64,000 nucleotides of DNA from an uncultured virus (IMG/VR IMGVR_UViG_3300012005_000005) (taxonomy: Duplodnaviria > Heunggongvirae > Uroviricota > Caudoviricetes), in IMG/VR virus record IMGVR_UViG_3300012005_000005. One strand, 5' to 3'. Of this stretch, positions 21,961 to 32,096 are shown piece by piece. The translations under genes and the position numbers were made by a program. Every line of letters starts with the position of its first letter. Within the stretch, counting starts at the first letter, position 1. The notes beneath the pieces were generated by a model. That model searched no databases and had not been told where the DNA came from. It saw nothing but the letters and a program-made list of their open reading frames with translations.

Positions 21961-22611
21961 TTATTTTTCTGAGTCATTTAAATTTGGATTATCATCTTCC
22001 ACTATTCTCTTTTCTCCTGTTAGTTCAGATATAATATCTTTTTTTACAATGTCTATTAAGTATTGAGGAAATGGCAATGGAGTATCTAATGGTTTGCTGC
22101 AAGGTTCACAACTCAGTTCTTCAGGATTTTCAGGAAGTCCTATAGCTTTTACGTTTTCTACAGAGGAATCAGGAATAAATAAATATCCTCCCTCTATCCA
22201 TGCATATTTAATACGTCTATCTCTATATTCTAAGTTTAGAATATCTTTATAATCAGCATGCTTTATTAGTGTGTACTTACTATCACCACCTATATCAAAA
22301 ATAGAAAGTAAATTCCCATAATTAGTTGATAATGTAGATATTATAGGCTTCTTAGATTTTCTTAACGTTCTCTTATCTGGAATATCTACATCATAGTTTA
22401 TGTATGGAACCTCCTCCATTTCTATTATAGGAAAAGGTAGGAATACATCTACAAGTTTTGATATACGTCTATTATCAGCATCCTGCTTTATAAAGTTCTT
22501 TACCTTGTCTTTAATACGTGAAGATAAGAATCTATAACTATACCTATCATCTATATTATTAGCTCTTAGCTCAGTAGAAATATCACAACATAGTTGTCTC
22601 AGAGTATCCAT
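21961..22611 (-). CDS. Tail ring protein
   Basis: YAWIEGGYLFI...ENPEE...PFPQYLIDIV pattern typical of crAss-like ring proteins. Confidence 0.65.
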   Translation of the reverse strand: MDTLRQLCCDISTELRANNIDDRYSYRFLSSRIKDKVKNFIKQDADNRRISKLVDVFLPFPIIEMEEVPYINYDVDIPDKRTLRKSKKPIISTLSTNYGNLLSIFDIGGDSKYTLIKHADYKDILNLEYRDRRIKYAWIEGGYLFIPDSSVENVKAIGLPENPEELSCEPCSKPLDTPLPFPQYLIDIVKKDIISELTGEKRIVEDDNPNLNDSEK

Positions 22612-22625
22612 TAGTTACTTTTTTA

Positions 22626-22688
22626 CAAATATAATCAATTTTTATGAAATACCCAAAAGGAGAAATAATAATAATAGAATTTGATTAT
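22626..22688 (-). promoter_or_regulatory. Bacteroidota sigma-A promoter plus upstream TAAT-N8-ATTA box
   Basis: TTTG (22654-57)-N20-TATATTTG (22626-33); box 22669-22688. Confidence 0.7.
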
Positions 22689-22692
22689 AACT

Positions 22693-22718
22693 AAAAAACC
22701 AGTCTTTTGGACTGGTCT
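22693..22718 (-). terminator. Intrinsic terminator
   Basis: ACCAGTC/GACTGGT stem followed by a T run on the minus strand. Confidence 0.65.
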
Positions 22719-22780
22719 TAGTTTAGAAGTGAGAGATAGTTTCTTTATATTTATAATTTATATTTCCAAATGAATCCACT

Positions 22781-24061
22781 TTATAAAGTATGGTTAATTT
22801 CATCTAAAATTCCTACAATTCCTTCTTTAAATATTAATCCAGTAGCTTTTTTTGAATTGCCTACATATGTATTTTTATCATGCCAATTATCTGTTCCTGA
22901 AATTGAACTAAAATGCCTAACTACAACCCCGTTAAATTCATTTTCTGATTGGTAAATTCTCTTTTTAGAAGTGTGTAAATGCCCACATTGCATAATACGC
23001 CACAATGATTTTCCCCAATACTTAGGTTGCTCTGTTGCCATAGTTAATGGTAAATTATCCATTTTTGTATCTCCATGAGTCCAACCAAGCAAATTTTCTC
23101 CAACAAGTCTATACTTTCTATTTTTTGGTGTTGAGTCTATTGAAACCCTTAAATCATTTCTATAAAAAGCTTCTAAAGCTATTCCAAGGTGTTGTTCTGA
23201 TAGTTCACAGTGATTACCATTAATATTTATAAATTCTATCTCATCAGCATATTCTTTTAATATTTCTATTCCTTCTGTAATAATTTCTAAGGCTGTAGAA
23301 AATACTTTTGAAGCTCTTGTATCTGCTTCTACATAAGTACCTGATGTAGTGGTAGATTTTAGATTATCTATGTGCAAAGTATCTCCTAAAGTACTCAGTA
23401 TAAATTTTTTAATAGTATATATTTTGCTTGCTCTATCAGCAATATTGGCTATGCAAGTCAAAAATCTTTGTTTAGCTATTTTAATATTATACTTCTCTCC
23501 TATCTCTTCTTCATTTACAAGCTTCCCAATATGTAAATCGGCTATATTAAGCACTACCGTAACTCCATCAATAGATGGTTCTAAAATAATATTAACTTTG
23601 TCTTTTATATATATCCCCTCTACAAAATCTTTAAATTGTTTTTGATAATCAAGAGTTTGTATTCCTTGTTTTATTGGAGCAAAATGCACAGAAAGCAAAA
23701 ATCCATTGGAATTATCCTTAAACCAAACTGAGATTATTTTCCACTCCTTTTGATTTCTTCCATATCTTTCAAATAATTCTTTGTCAGTTAATTTTCTGTC
23801 TACTGTATCTTGTATTCTTACTGAACCATCTTCTTTTCTATCTTCTCTATATTCATTAATAGCTGCAATAAAGTCTTCCTTTTTTTTATTTAACTCTTGT
23901 TCACCATTTTCTGCCAATCCTTTTCTTCTTAACTTTCTCCATATTTGTCTTATTATTTCTTTATCAACTCCCAATTTTAAGGCAGTATTATCATAAGGAT
24001 TTTGCTGCATTCTATTAATAGGATTTTCTAATAAATACTTCTCAATTTCTGAATAATTCAT
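22781..24061 (-). CDS. Calcineurin-like metallophosphoesterase
   Basis: DLHIG, GDTLHID, GNH, THGD and GHLH motifs. Confidence 0.85.
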   Translation of the reverse strand: MNYSEIEKYLLENPINRMQQNPYDNTALKLGVDKEIIRQIWRKLRRKGLAENGEQELNKKKEDFIAAINEYREDRKEDGSVRIQDTVDRKLTDKELFERYGRNQKEWKIISVWFKDNSNGFLLSVHFAPIKQGIQTLDYQKQFKDFVEGIYIKDKVNIILEPSIDGVTVVLNIADLHIGKLVNEEEIGEKYNIKIAKQRFLTCIANIADRASKIYTIKKFILSTLGDTLHIDNLKSTTTSGTYVEADTRASKVFSTALEIITEGIEILKEYADEIEFININGNHCELSEQHLGIALEAFYRNDLRVSIDSTPKNRKYRLVGENLLGWTHGDTKMDNLPLTMATEQPKYWGKSLWRIMQCGHLHTSKKRIYQSENEFNGVVVRHFSSISGTDNWHDKNTYVGNSKKATGLIFKEGIVGILDEINHTL

Positions 24062-24084
24062 GTTTAAAATTTTTGTTAGAAAAG

Positions 24085-24116
24085 CAAAGATACTAAAAAT
24101 ATTTTAAATAACCAAA
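24085..24116 (-). promoter_or_regulatory. Bacteroidota sigma-A promoter
   Basis: TTTG-N20-TATCTTTG. Confidence 0.7.
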
Positions 24117-24239
24117 TAAATCTTTAAAATAAAAAAACACCTATAGAAATAGGTGCTGTATTTTTGAAGAAAACCAATAAACTTCAAAAACTGTATCTTT
24201 AAAATATTTTTACCAATAACTTAGTATTAAAAATTTATA

Positions 24240-25601
24240 TTAACCTTTAAAAACTTTAACTTTGAATGTACCACTTGCAGGATCGGTTGCACCGCCAGCA
24301 GTATTATGAAATCTTATTGTAACGGTATTATCTGCGCTTACAAATCCCCAAAATGTTCCTATTGCAGCACTTGCTGCTGGTACTCCTATTGCAACTACAT
24401 CTCCATCTGCTGCTCCTGGCACAGATATTGTTAAATCAGATGAAGCGTTTGAAGGGGTACTTAGAAAGTCTAAAACAGCACTTGCTGTTAATAACGGAGC
24501 TGAACAAACTTTTCCAACTGTGTTAGTATATAAAACATTTGATTGAGCATAAGTTGCTGTATCATCTACAGCATTAGTTACCTGAGTTATTAAAACGTCT
24601 TTTGCATATAATTCTATTAATCCCGTTCCACCTAAAACATTTTTAGATACTTTTGCATATGCAGTTAAACTTGCATCAATAAGAGGCAGTGGAATAGACA
24701 AATCATTAGATTGTGGATAATGAACTGCCATTATAACCTCTCCTATTCCTGTACTGGAAAATCCACTTGAATAAAAAGACAAAAGAGCCAAATCAGCTAA
24801 TGTAGCACATTGAACTGCGAATGTTCCTGCATTATGTACTTGTAAGCATTGATTGGATGTAGGATCAATACCATCCTGTATACCAGCTATGTAGTCTGAG
24901 GGATCAAAATTAAAATGACCTCCGTCTGTAAGTATATTAAAACTGTGATTTGTAGTAGCAATAGAAGTATCATGTAATAATACACCCCCAAGCTGTATAT
25001 TATTTAAAGTCTTTGTAAGACCATTATCTGCTGTAGTAGCTACAGTGTTTCCACTTGCATCTACTGCAAATAATCCATTACTCCTTATTTCTAAGGCATT
25101 TCCTGCGTCTGGGGATATTATAACATCTGCCTGAAGAGTATGATCAAGTGTTCCAAAAGCAGTGAGATTCACTGAATTAGAATCAATTGGTGTAATAGGA
25201 ACTTGAGAACCCGCTTGAGAAATGTATAATCCATCTCCTAAAGCTACTAATGTATTTCCACTTGCTGATGAGATTTTAACATCTGCTTGTAAAGTGTGTT
25301 TTAATACTCCCCAAGCAGTCAAATCTATAGTGGGTGAATCTATCGCCGTTAAAGGAGTTTGAACCGTATTTAATTGACAAATAAATCCATCAATAGTTTC
25401 TAAAATAGTCTCTATTGGTGTCTTATTAGGAATTCCCATGCATGTAAGCTTAGAAGGCTTATTATCATCTCTATGATAAATAACACATTCAGCATCTATT
25501 TTTTGAACACAGTTTGAATCACTCGAACAAGGTAAGCAATAAGGTTCAAGGTCACAACCACATTGAATATAGTCTGGTGAATTACATATTGGACAGCTCA
25601 T
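24240..25601 (-). CDS. Putative virion fibre/decoration protein
   Basis: Cys-rich N-terminus, duplicated DSxxxxLTAxGxLxHTLQADVxIS repeat, ADNGLTK motif. Confidence 0.55.
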   Translation of the reverse strand: MSCPICNSPDYIQCGCDLEPYCLPCSSDSNCVQKIDAECVIYHRDDNKPSKLTCMGIPNKTPIETILETIDGFICQLNTVQTPLTAIDSPTIDLTAWGVLKHTLQADVKISSASGNTLVALGDGLYISQAGSQVPITPIDSNSVNLTAFGTLDHTLQADVIISPDAGNALEIRSNGLFAVDASGNTVATTADNGLTKTLNNIQLGGVLLHDTSIATTNHSFNILTDGGHFNFDPSDYIAGIQDGIDPTSNQCLQVHNAGTFAVQCATLADLALLSFYSSGFSSTGIGEVIMAVHYPQSNDLSIPLPLIDASLTAYAKVSKNVLGGTGLIELYAKDVLITQVTNAVDDTATYAQSNVLYTNTVGKVCSAPLLTASAVLDFLSTPSNASSDLTISVPGAADGDVVAIGVPAASAAIGTFWGFVSADNTVTIRFHNTAGGATDPASGTFKVKVFKG

Positions 25602-26107
25602 TAATTATTATTTTTTAAATAGTTTATTGCTTTTTCTAATGTTTCTATAGAGTCATTTAACATGCCTATTCCTACATTACAATTATTACAAAGTAATCCT
25701 CTTACTTTGTTAGTTTTATGGTCGTGATCTACTGCAAGTTGTTTATCAGAAGGATATTCATTTTTACAAACTGCACATACAAAATTCTGTTTTTCCAGTA
25801 ATGTATTATACTCTTCTAAAGTTATTCCGTATTTTTTAACTTTTGCTCTGTTTTGATATACTATATGTTTTTCAGAATGTTTCTCCCTATTTTCTCTTGT
25901 TTGTATATCTCTACAAGCTTTACAATGTCTGTCTCCTCTTTTATTATAATACCAATTACCTTCTTCATGTAAATGTCCTTTTGGACAATGTGTAGGGATT
26001 TTTCTGCGGCATAATCTACATCGTTTTCTCCCATCTTTATATATAATAAGATTTTCTTCTATGCGTTCATGTCCATTAGCACAATGAGTTTTTAATAATT
26101 TTATCAC
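25601..26107 (-). CDS. Endonuclease VII-like HNH nuclease with two THCxxGH zinc-finger repeats
   Basis: CAVC...LAVDHDHKTNKVRGLLCNNCN. Confidence 0.85.
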   Translation of the reverse strand: MIKLLKTHCANGHERIEENLIIYKDGRKRCRLCRRKIPTHCPKGHLHEEGNWYYNKRGDRHCKACRDIQTRENREKHSEKHIVYQNRAKVKKYGITLEEYNTLLEKQNFVCAVCKNEYPSDKQLAVDHDHKTNKVRGLLCNNCNVGIGMLNDSIETLEKAINYLKNNN

Positions 26108-26119
26108 ATTTATTTAGTT

Positions 26120-26548
26120 TTAATAAGAAATCCAAGAAGTACCATTGTAGTACTCTCTTTGATGTAAAGTTAGATTATACCCATCTTCTCCTTCAATAGG
26201 AGTGGAGGGTCTTGTTACTGTAGTCCATTCCTGACCTGTTACCACTGTTGTGTTTAAAGAATCTAATTCCTGACTAACAGCTATTAAAAATTGCGTTAAA
26301 TTATTTATTGTATATTTAGTTCTTAAATAAGTAAGTGTTGTAGACAGAATAGAAGTAAGAGGAGCTATACTAACATCTATTGCTTCAAGAGCAAGTTCAA
26401 GGGTAGAACCATTAGATAATCCCAAGTTAGTTAAAGCAGATAGTTCTCCATTACTTTTGTGGTAAATTACATTAGAATCATCTATTTGTGTTGAAGAACA
26501 CCCACAACCATCAGAAGTTATAGTTTGATTACAAGAATTACAGTACAT
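26120..26548 (-). CDS. Putative structural protein
   Basis: Cys-rich N-terminus; C-terminal RPSTP..G..GYN....EYYNGTSW fibre-like motif. Confidence 0.55.
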   Translation of the reverse strand: MYCNSCNQTITSDGCGCSSTQIDDSNVIYHKSNGELSALTNLGLSNGSTLELALEAIDVSIAPLTSILSTTLTYLRTKYTINNLTQFLIAVSQELDSLNTTVVTGQEWTTVTRPSTPIEGEDGYNLTLHQREYYNGTSWISY

Positions 26549-26562
26549 TTTATATTTTTTAT

Positions 26563-27033
26563 TTATATTCCTAAAGTTGTTTTAATTAAATTCAATTCAT
26601 TTGCAAATGACTGTAACACATAAAACAATGTATATTGATTAACTGTAGCACTACAAGGATTTGTAATAGGAGTCATAGCACCTAAATCTACAGATACTAA
26701 TTCTGTTCCTATATCTAAAGCGGATAGTGTAGTTTGAAGAGCAGCCACGCTTGCATCTAAAGCACAAAGTTCATCAATTTGAACTTGTGTTAATCCTTTA
26801 ATGTCTATTGTAAGTGGATCAAATACAAGACATCTTTTATTTAAACCTGTTAAATCTTCTCCTGCTTTTATTTTATCTATTTCAGCAGTAGTTAAATCTA
26901 TTACATCTGTAACATTTACATCACATGGAAAATCTATATTTGCAATAAAAGCAGGTTGAGTTCCTGTAAAAGAAACGCAACTTGATGGAACTATTGTTCC
27001 ACAATTTTTTCTTGGGTCATTACAATTTATCAT
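26563..27033 (-). CDS. Putative structural protein
   Basis: 156 aa, Cys-rich, in the virion operon. Confidence 0.55.
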   Translation of the reverse strand: MINCNDPRKNCGTIVPSSCVSFTGTQPAFIANIDFPCDVNVTDVIDLTTAEIDKIKAGEDLTGLNKRCLVFDPLTIDIKGLTQVQIDELCALDASVAALQTTLSALDIGTELVSVDLGAMTPITNPCSATVNQYTLFYVLQSFANELNLIKTTLGI

Positions 27034-27205
27034 CTGCTGTTATTTGTCTATTTAAATTTTTATCAATTTTTTGTTTCAATAAAATATCTTTTTGATTTCT
27101 ATTTTTAAAAAAATCAAAATAGTCTATTTTAGTAGACAGGTCATATCTTATATTAGCTCTTAAATACTCTCCAATATCCTCAATTCTTTTTATTAATTTT
27201 AACAT
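27020..27205 (-). CDS. Hypothetical protein
   Basis: 61 aa, tightly packed in the operon. Confidence 0.45.
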   Translation of the reverse strand: MLKLIKRIEDIGEYLRANIRYDLSTKIDYFDFFKNRNQKDILLKQKIDKNLNRQITADDKL

Positions 27206-27510
27206 TTTCCACTATTTTGTATAACTAATTCAATTGGTTGAATCTCGTCAAGTTTTATTTTAAAATAACAAGGATTAGTAGAATAATTAATTGCCGATTT
27301 TATAGTTCCTATAATTGAATTTACTTTTGCTGAGGTTATGTTAAAAAATGAATATAAATTATTAGTTTTAACACATTGAAAATATATTAACCAACTACTT
27401 AGCATTTCTTGTGTATAATTACAAGGTTGTATAGGTTCTTCTTGAAGTCTAACAATCTTTCTTACTTGAGCACTTGATGCCGATACACCTCCGCATGAAC
27501 TACAGGCCAT
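27199..27510 (-). CDS. Hypothetical protein
   Basis: 103 aa, MACSSCGG start. Confidence 0.6.
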   Translation of the reverse strand: MACSSCGGVSASSAQVRKIVRLQEEPIQPCNYTQEMLSSWLIYFQCVKTNNLYSFFNITSAKVNSIIGTIKSAINYSTNPCYFKIKLDEIQPIELVIQNSGKC

Positions 27511-27511
27511 A

Positions 27512-28045
27512 TTATGTTAATTTATCTAATAAAAAATTTACTTTCTTATCTGCTAATTGATACTTGTTAGAAGCTCTATCTGTATTACCTAACTCTGCAC
27601 TTGCTTTTGCTGATTCTATTAAAATAAAAATATTTGAAATTTCTTGTTTAATATCTTCCTCATCACAATCTGCAAATTGTAAAGTATCTAAAACAGTTTT
27701 TAATCTGCTTAAAATATTTGTAACCCTTAGATAAGTTTTAACTCTATTAACATATTGATAAGGGCAAATTTTATACTTAAAAACATACACTCCATCAGGC
27801 AGATCTAATAAACTATAATCATTTAGAATTGTAGGAGTTAGATTAAGAGTATTAGAAGTAAAAGTATTTACTTTACGTGCTGCTATATTTACTAATATAT
27901 ATTTATTCATTCCTGGAAGTATTATTTCCAGGATGGGTTTTTCAGGATTTTCCATATATTGAGAGGAATCTATAAAAACTAAGGTTTTTAGATTTCCTGT
28001 TTCAATTATTTCAAAATCCAAAATATTTTCGTGTACTCCCTTCAT
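27512..28045 (-). CDS. Putative tail hub/structural protein
   Basis: LPDGVYxFKY motif seen in crAss-like structural proteins. Confidence 0.55.
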   Translation of the reverse strand: MKGVHENILDFEIIETGNLKTLVFIDSSQYMENPEKPILEIILPGMNKYILVNIAARKVNTFTSNTLNLTPTILNDYSLLDLPDGVYVFKYKICPYQYVNRVKTYLRVTNILSRLKTVLDTLQFADCDEEDIKQEISNIFILIESAKASAELGNTDRASNKYQLADKKVNFLLDKLT

Positions 28046-28055
28046 TTATTATGTT

Positions 28056-28994
28056 TTAACTATTCCATAAATTCCATTCCTTGTTACGTCTATCCACTAA
28101 ATCTGAATTTACATTACCTCCTGCAAATATATACCTTTTAAAATGGTGTTCAAGATTAGCTGAGTTTGAATTAATATCACTTATTAAATTCTCTGCATTT
28201 CCAACTCCTTCATTATAAGAAAATGAAAGAAGGGCAGCCCACTGACTTTCAGTTAGACTCTTTGTAATCTTAGGTAAAAGAGTAGTATAGTCACTTTTAG
28301 AATGCTCTAAAGCATCTGCAAGTGCTTTTTTTTTGGTTATACTTCCTGAAGGTTTTTTATTTTTATCAAAACCAGCAGCAGTTCCATATCCCCAACTCCA
28401 TTGTTTATAATCCCATCTTGGGTAAGGAATAAATCCTTCTACCTCAGGAAGAAATACTGATAATATAGACCATTTATCTGACATAGTTTTTAAATTAATA
28501 TAATTAGTACTTGCTTCTATTATAAAATCTTTTTTGTTATACTTTACTAACAGATCTTGCCAAGTGTACCCTAATTTATTTTCTAAATGTGGTGTATCTT
28601 TAAAACCACTCCAATCTCCTCCCCATGTAAATCCATGTTTTTTAAAACAATTTACAACTATCATCCAATTTTTGTCTACATCCCATTCTTCAACTCCATT
28701 AATTTCTATATCAAAATCTAAAGCAAGTCCATAGTTGTGGTAAGATTGTCCTGCTTTGGCATCTGTAATAGTATTTCCAAGTGGTTTAGCAGCAGATTTT
28801 CTTCCATTAGGATTTACTACTGTTCTTCCTATTGCATACTTAGCAGACTGCTCTTCAAAAGTTCTAAAAGTATTAGTTATAAAAGGATGCACACCAATAG
28901 GTGTTGCTTTTACAGCTTCTACATAAGCATCTAAAGCAGCTTTCCTTAGTTTTGGATGAAGATGATTTATTCTATATATAGATAATTGTTCCAT
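28056..28994 (-). CDS. Endolysin: M15 peptidase fused to GH24 lysozyme
   Basis: N-terminal half RTFEEQ...SYHNYGLALD...WGGDW...DTPHLE; C-terminal half EGF...WSWGYG...QWAALLSFSYNEG...LVDRRNKE. Confidence 0.85.
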   Translation of the reverse strand: MEQLSIYRINHLHPKLRKAALDAYVEAVKATPIGVHPFITNTFRTFEEQSAKYAIGRTVVNPNGRKSAAKPLGNTITDAKAGQSYHNYGLALDFDIEINGVEEWDVDKNWMIVVNCFKKHGFTWGGDWSGFKDTPHLENKLGYTWQDLLVKYNKKDFIIEASTNYINLKTMSDKWSILSVFLPEVEGFIPYPRWDYKQWSWGYGTAAGFDKNKKPSGSITKKKALADALEHSKSDYTTLLPKITKSLTESQWAALLSFSYNEGVGNAENLISDINSNSANLEHHFKRYIFAGGNVNSDLVDRRNKEWNLWNS

Positions 28995-29010
28995 TCTCTT
29001 GCTTAATTTA

Positions 29011-29313
29011 TTAGATACAACAAGGTGGAGTTAAAAAATTAGTTAGTAGTTTATGTACCCTATTTAATGCTTGAACATTTCCTTTTTTAGGTAAGGATAC
29101 TAACATCATTCTTACTGTATTAGTAAGATCATTGTCAAATCTTGTAAATAAATTTATAGTAGCGGATGGATTTGCACAACATGGAACTCCTAACTTTTCA
29201 TCTACTAAAGCTAATGCTTTTTGTATAAACTTTTTATTTATTAATTTTCTTGAAGTTCCTCTAAGATAAGATTCCACATATAATTCTAAAGGAGATGTAT
29301 TTTTATTTGCCAT
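29011..29313 (-). CDS. Hypothetical protein
   Basis: 100 aa ORF in the operon. Confidence 0.6.
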   Translation of the reverse strand: MANKNTSPLELYVESYLRGTSRKLINKKFIQKALALVDEKLGVPCCANPSATINLFTRFDNDLTNTVRMMLVSLPKKGNVQALNRVHKLLTNFLTPPCCI

Positions 29314-29331
29314 TTTTTTTATTTTAAACTT

Positions 29332-29369
29332 AAAAAGGAGAAAAGGATATAATTTCCTCCTCTCCTTTT
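29332..29369 (-). terminator. Intrinsic terminator after the capsid operon
   Basis: AAAAGGAGA...TCTCCTTTT inverted repeat. Confidence 0.6.
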
Positions 29370-29395
29370 ATAAATTAACTTGGTATTTATACTTA

Positions 29396-31285
29396 TTAAA
29401 GTACTACTGGGTCAATATCAATTCCTACACTTGAGATGTAAGAGTTAACAGCATTTTCTACAGAAGTACCTTGTCCTTCTGGAACAAAGATACTAATACT
29501 ATAGCTATCTGTATATTTTTCTGACCATCCACCTACTTTGTATTCAAATTCAAAATCTAATACATACTCATCATAATAAGCATTAGGAATAGCTTGGAAA
29601 GAATATCCTTCTATTTCTCTAACTACAGGGTCGAAAGAGCGTTCTCTTAAGTCATAAGACTTAGATTTTTCTTCCATTTTTCTGATGTGAGCACCAAATC
29701 CTGCTGGGTGTTGGAAAGATTGAATTTCCTTCACTGGCCAGTAAGTAGTACAAGCTTCAGGTGAATTATTGTAATTAGGATCATAGTTAGATGCCTGTAT
29801 GTGAATAGTGTCTGATTCATAAGGGAAGTAGTCATAAGTACATTCTCCTGTTATTCTATTAACAAAAGCAACTTCTATTTTAACCCCTACTAAACAAACA
29901 GTTCCAGTTGGAAGTGCAGCTTCAGCTTGCTTAACCCACTCAGAACCTTCAAAAGGCTGTGGAGCAGAGAAAACCAAGGTATCTAAAGAACATCCTGTAG
30001 ACACACATTGAGAATAAACAGTTGTTTCATATGTATGAACACATGAACCTGCTGCATTTACCAATGTAACAACTAATGCTGGGAAAGCAGCTTGAATATC
30101 AGTAAGTCTATCAGTACCGCAAATACTATCAGCGATAGTAATACGATAAGTCTGAGTATACTTAACTTGAGTTTCAGCTAATCCCCATGCTACAGTTGAT
30201 GGAGCTGCTATTACACAACTATTACGAGTTTGTCCTGCAAATACAAAACCATCTGAACCTTGTACAGTTTGGGCAGTATCTGAAACCAATACATAAATTG
30301 ATTGGCCAAACTGATAACTAATCCTTGCTCCACTTTCGGTTGAAGAAGAAATTCCATAAGTAGCCTTAACAGAATTTAATGCACCTGCATCACCAGCGTC
30401 TTGTCTGGTTACAGTGTAAACATATCCTGAAGTCACTTCTGTATATCCTGATGGACATGTAGGACAATCAGGAATTAATATAAATCCTGCATTTGAAACA
30501 TCAGCAGGAAGAGTATTTGTATCTCTTACTACTTGATAAACTGACAAACTTCCTTCTTTACCAATACGTGTAACCTTATCATCAGCATATTGTCCTTGAA
30601 CAATTCCTAATGAAATGTCATCTTGCGTATCACACACTCTAACTTCAAATCTGTAACAATTTACTGTTGTTGCAGCTCCTAATGCTGGAGTACATTGTGT
30701 AATAACAGAAGCCTTTACAAACTTATTTACGTAAGGATCTGTGTTAATTTGCAAAGCCAAGCTTTCTGCAAGCGGACGAGGATCAGCAAGTACAGCACAA
30801 GTGTCTGTACAATCATCAACGCATCCACCGTTAACTTCATATTGACGAGTAATACCCTGATTAGAGTATAACTTATCTATAGCTGGGCCAGTTAGTTTTA
30901 AATAGAAGAATTTTTGATCTCCTGATTTTGCAGATATGGTATCAGTATCTGATACGTCTCCACTATTACCAACGGTAATAATTTGGTTACGGCCTCTTTT
31001 AGCGGCTTTTCCTCTGAAATTTTTAATCAATTTACCTTTAATAAGGTGTGAATAAACATTTTCATTAGGAACACCTGCCATAAGTGGCAAGTAACTTAAA
31101 TCAGGAGTACCTTGTACTATCTGAAGAGCTTTATTTTTCGCATATGTGGGAGAAGTCACACCTTTGTAGGTCTTGGCATCTACGAAACCAACTTGACCAA
31201 CACCGATATTCTCTACGGTTGCTCCATCTGCGAGTAAGGCAGGACTGTTTGTAACAAATACCTGTCTAAACGATTGATTCAACAT
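29396..31285 (-). CDS. Structural protein, likely auxiliary capsid protein
   Basis: 629 aa, downstream of MCP and a ring gene as in crAss-like capsid modules. Confidence 0.6.
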   Translation of the reverse strand: MLNQSFRQVFVTNSPALLADGATVENIGVGQVGFVDAKTYKGVTSPTYAKNKALQIVQGTPDLSYLPLMAGVPNENVYSHLIKGKLIKNFRGKAAKRGRNQIITVGNSGDVSDTDTISAKSGDQKFFYLKLTGPAIDKLYSNQGITRQYEVNGGCVDDCTDTCAVLADPRPLAESLALQINTDPYVNKFVKASVITQCTPALGAATTVNCYRFEVRVCDTQDDISLGIVQGQYADDKVTRIGKEGSLSVYQVVRDTNTLPADVSNAGFILIPDCPTCPSGYTEVTSGYVYTVTRQDAGDAGALNSVKATYGISSSTESGARISYQFGQSIYVLVSDTAQTVQGSDGFVFAGQTRNSCVIAAPSTVAWGLAETQVKYTQTYRITIADSICGTDRLTDIQAAFPALVVTLVNAAGSCVHTYETTVYSQCVSTGCSLDTLVFSAPQPFEGSEWVKQAEAALPTGTVCLVGVKIEVAFVNRITGECTYDYFPYESDTIHIQASNYDPNYNNSPEACTTYWPVKEIQSFQHPAGFGAHIRKMEEKSKSYDLRERSFDPVVREIEGYSFQAIPNAYYDEYVLDFEFEYKVGGWSEKYTDSYSISIFVPEGQGTSVENAVNSYISSVGIDIDPVVL

Positions 31286-32091
31286 TCAATATAAATTTTA
31301 ATTTTATTTAATATCTCCTCCATTTCTTTTTTCTTTCTACTCAATGCGAAGGAGTTATAATTGAGTAATTTTATTATTTTTTCTTTACTATCCTTAAGTA
31401 TTCTTAATTCATGTAAATCTTTATTTTTAACTGCTCTTCTTACAGAAGAATTTATTTCTTTTTCTTTTAAATAACTTTGTAATTCTTTGCAAAATATTTC
31501 TGTTCCTAATAAAGTTATTAAATTTATCTTACTATCAACATGGCCATCTCCATCAATATAACCTCTGAGATAATCAAATTTGTAAATCTCAGGAATTAAA
31601 ACTCCATTGAATGTAAGAGTTAAACTTTTCCTTTCTGTCAATCCTAATCTCTCTAAATCTGAAACAATTTTTGAAGAGTGGACTCTAAATAATGTTCTGT
31701 GATATTTTTCGCTTACTAAAGAATCTACTACATCAGAATTACTTTGCAATTCTTTTTTAATAAATTCTAAAACTTCTCTATCTTTTAGATGAAGTCCTAT
31801 AGAAAGGGTATGACAATTTCTATGTTTATAAAGACAACCATCTGCGGCGATAAATCCTAAAATATATGCTTTATTACCATTATCAATATTATTGAAGTAA
31901 TTTTCATCACAAATGTATTTATTATTGTGTTTCCTTACTTCTTCATTTCTTTTTTTAAAACTTTTGTAAATAGTAGCTTTTGACATTTTAAAATCAGTAG
32001 CCAGCTCTCCAAAAGATTTTCCATTATTATAATGAACTTTTATTTTTTCAAATAAAATATCATCTATTTTATATATTTGGTTATTTGCCAT
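31279..32091 (-). CDS. Free-standing LAGLIDADG homing endonuclease
   Basis: AYILGFIAADG and YLRGYIDGDG motifs. Confidence 0.9.
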   Translation of the reverse strand: MANNQIYKIDDILFEKIKVHYNNGKSFGELATDFKMSKATIYKSFKKRNEEVRKHNNKYICDENYFNNIDNGNKAYILGFIAADGCLYKHRNCHTLSIGLHLKDREVLEFIKKELQSNSDVVDSLVSEKYHRTLFRVHSSKIVSDLERLGLTERKSLTLTFNGVLIPEIYKFDYLRGYIDGDGHVDSKINLITLLGTEIFCKELQSYLKEKEINSSVRRAVKNKDLHELRILKDSKEKIIKLLNYNSFALSRKKKEMEEILNKIKIYIEC

Positions 32092-32096
32092 TCTTT

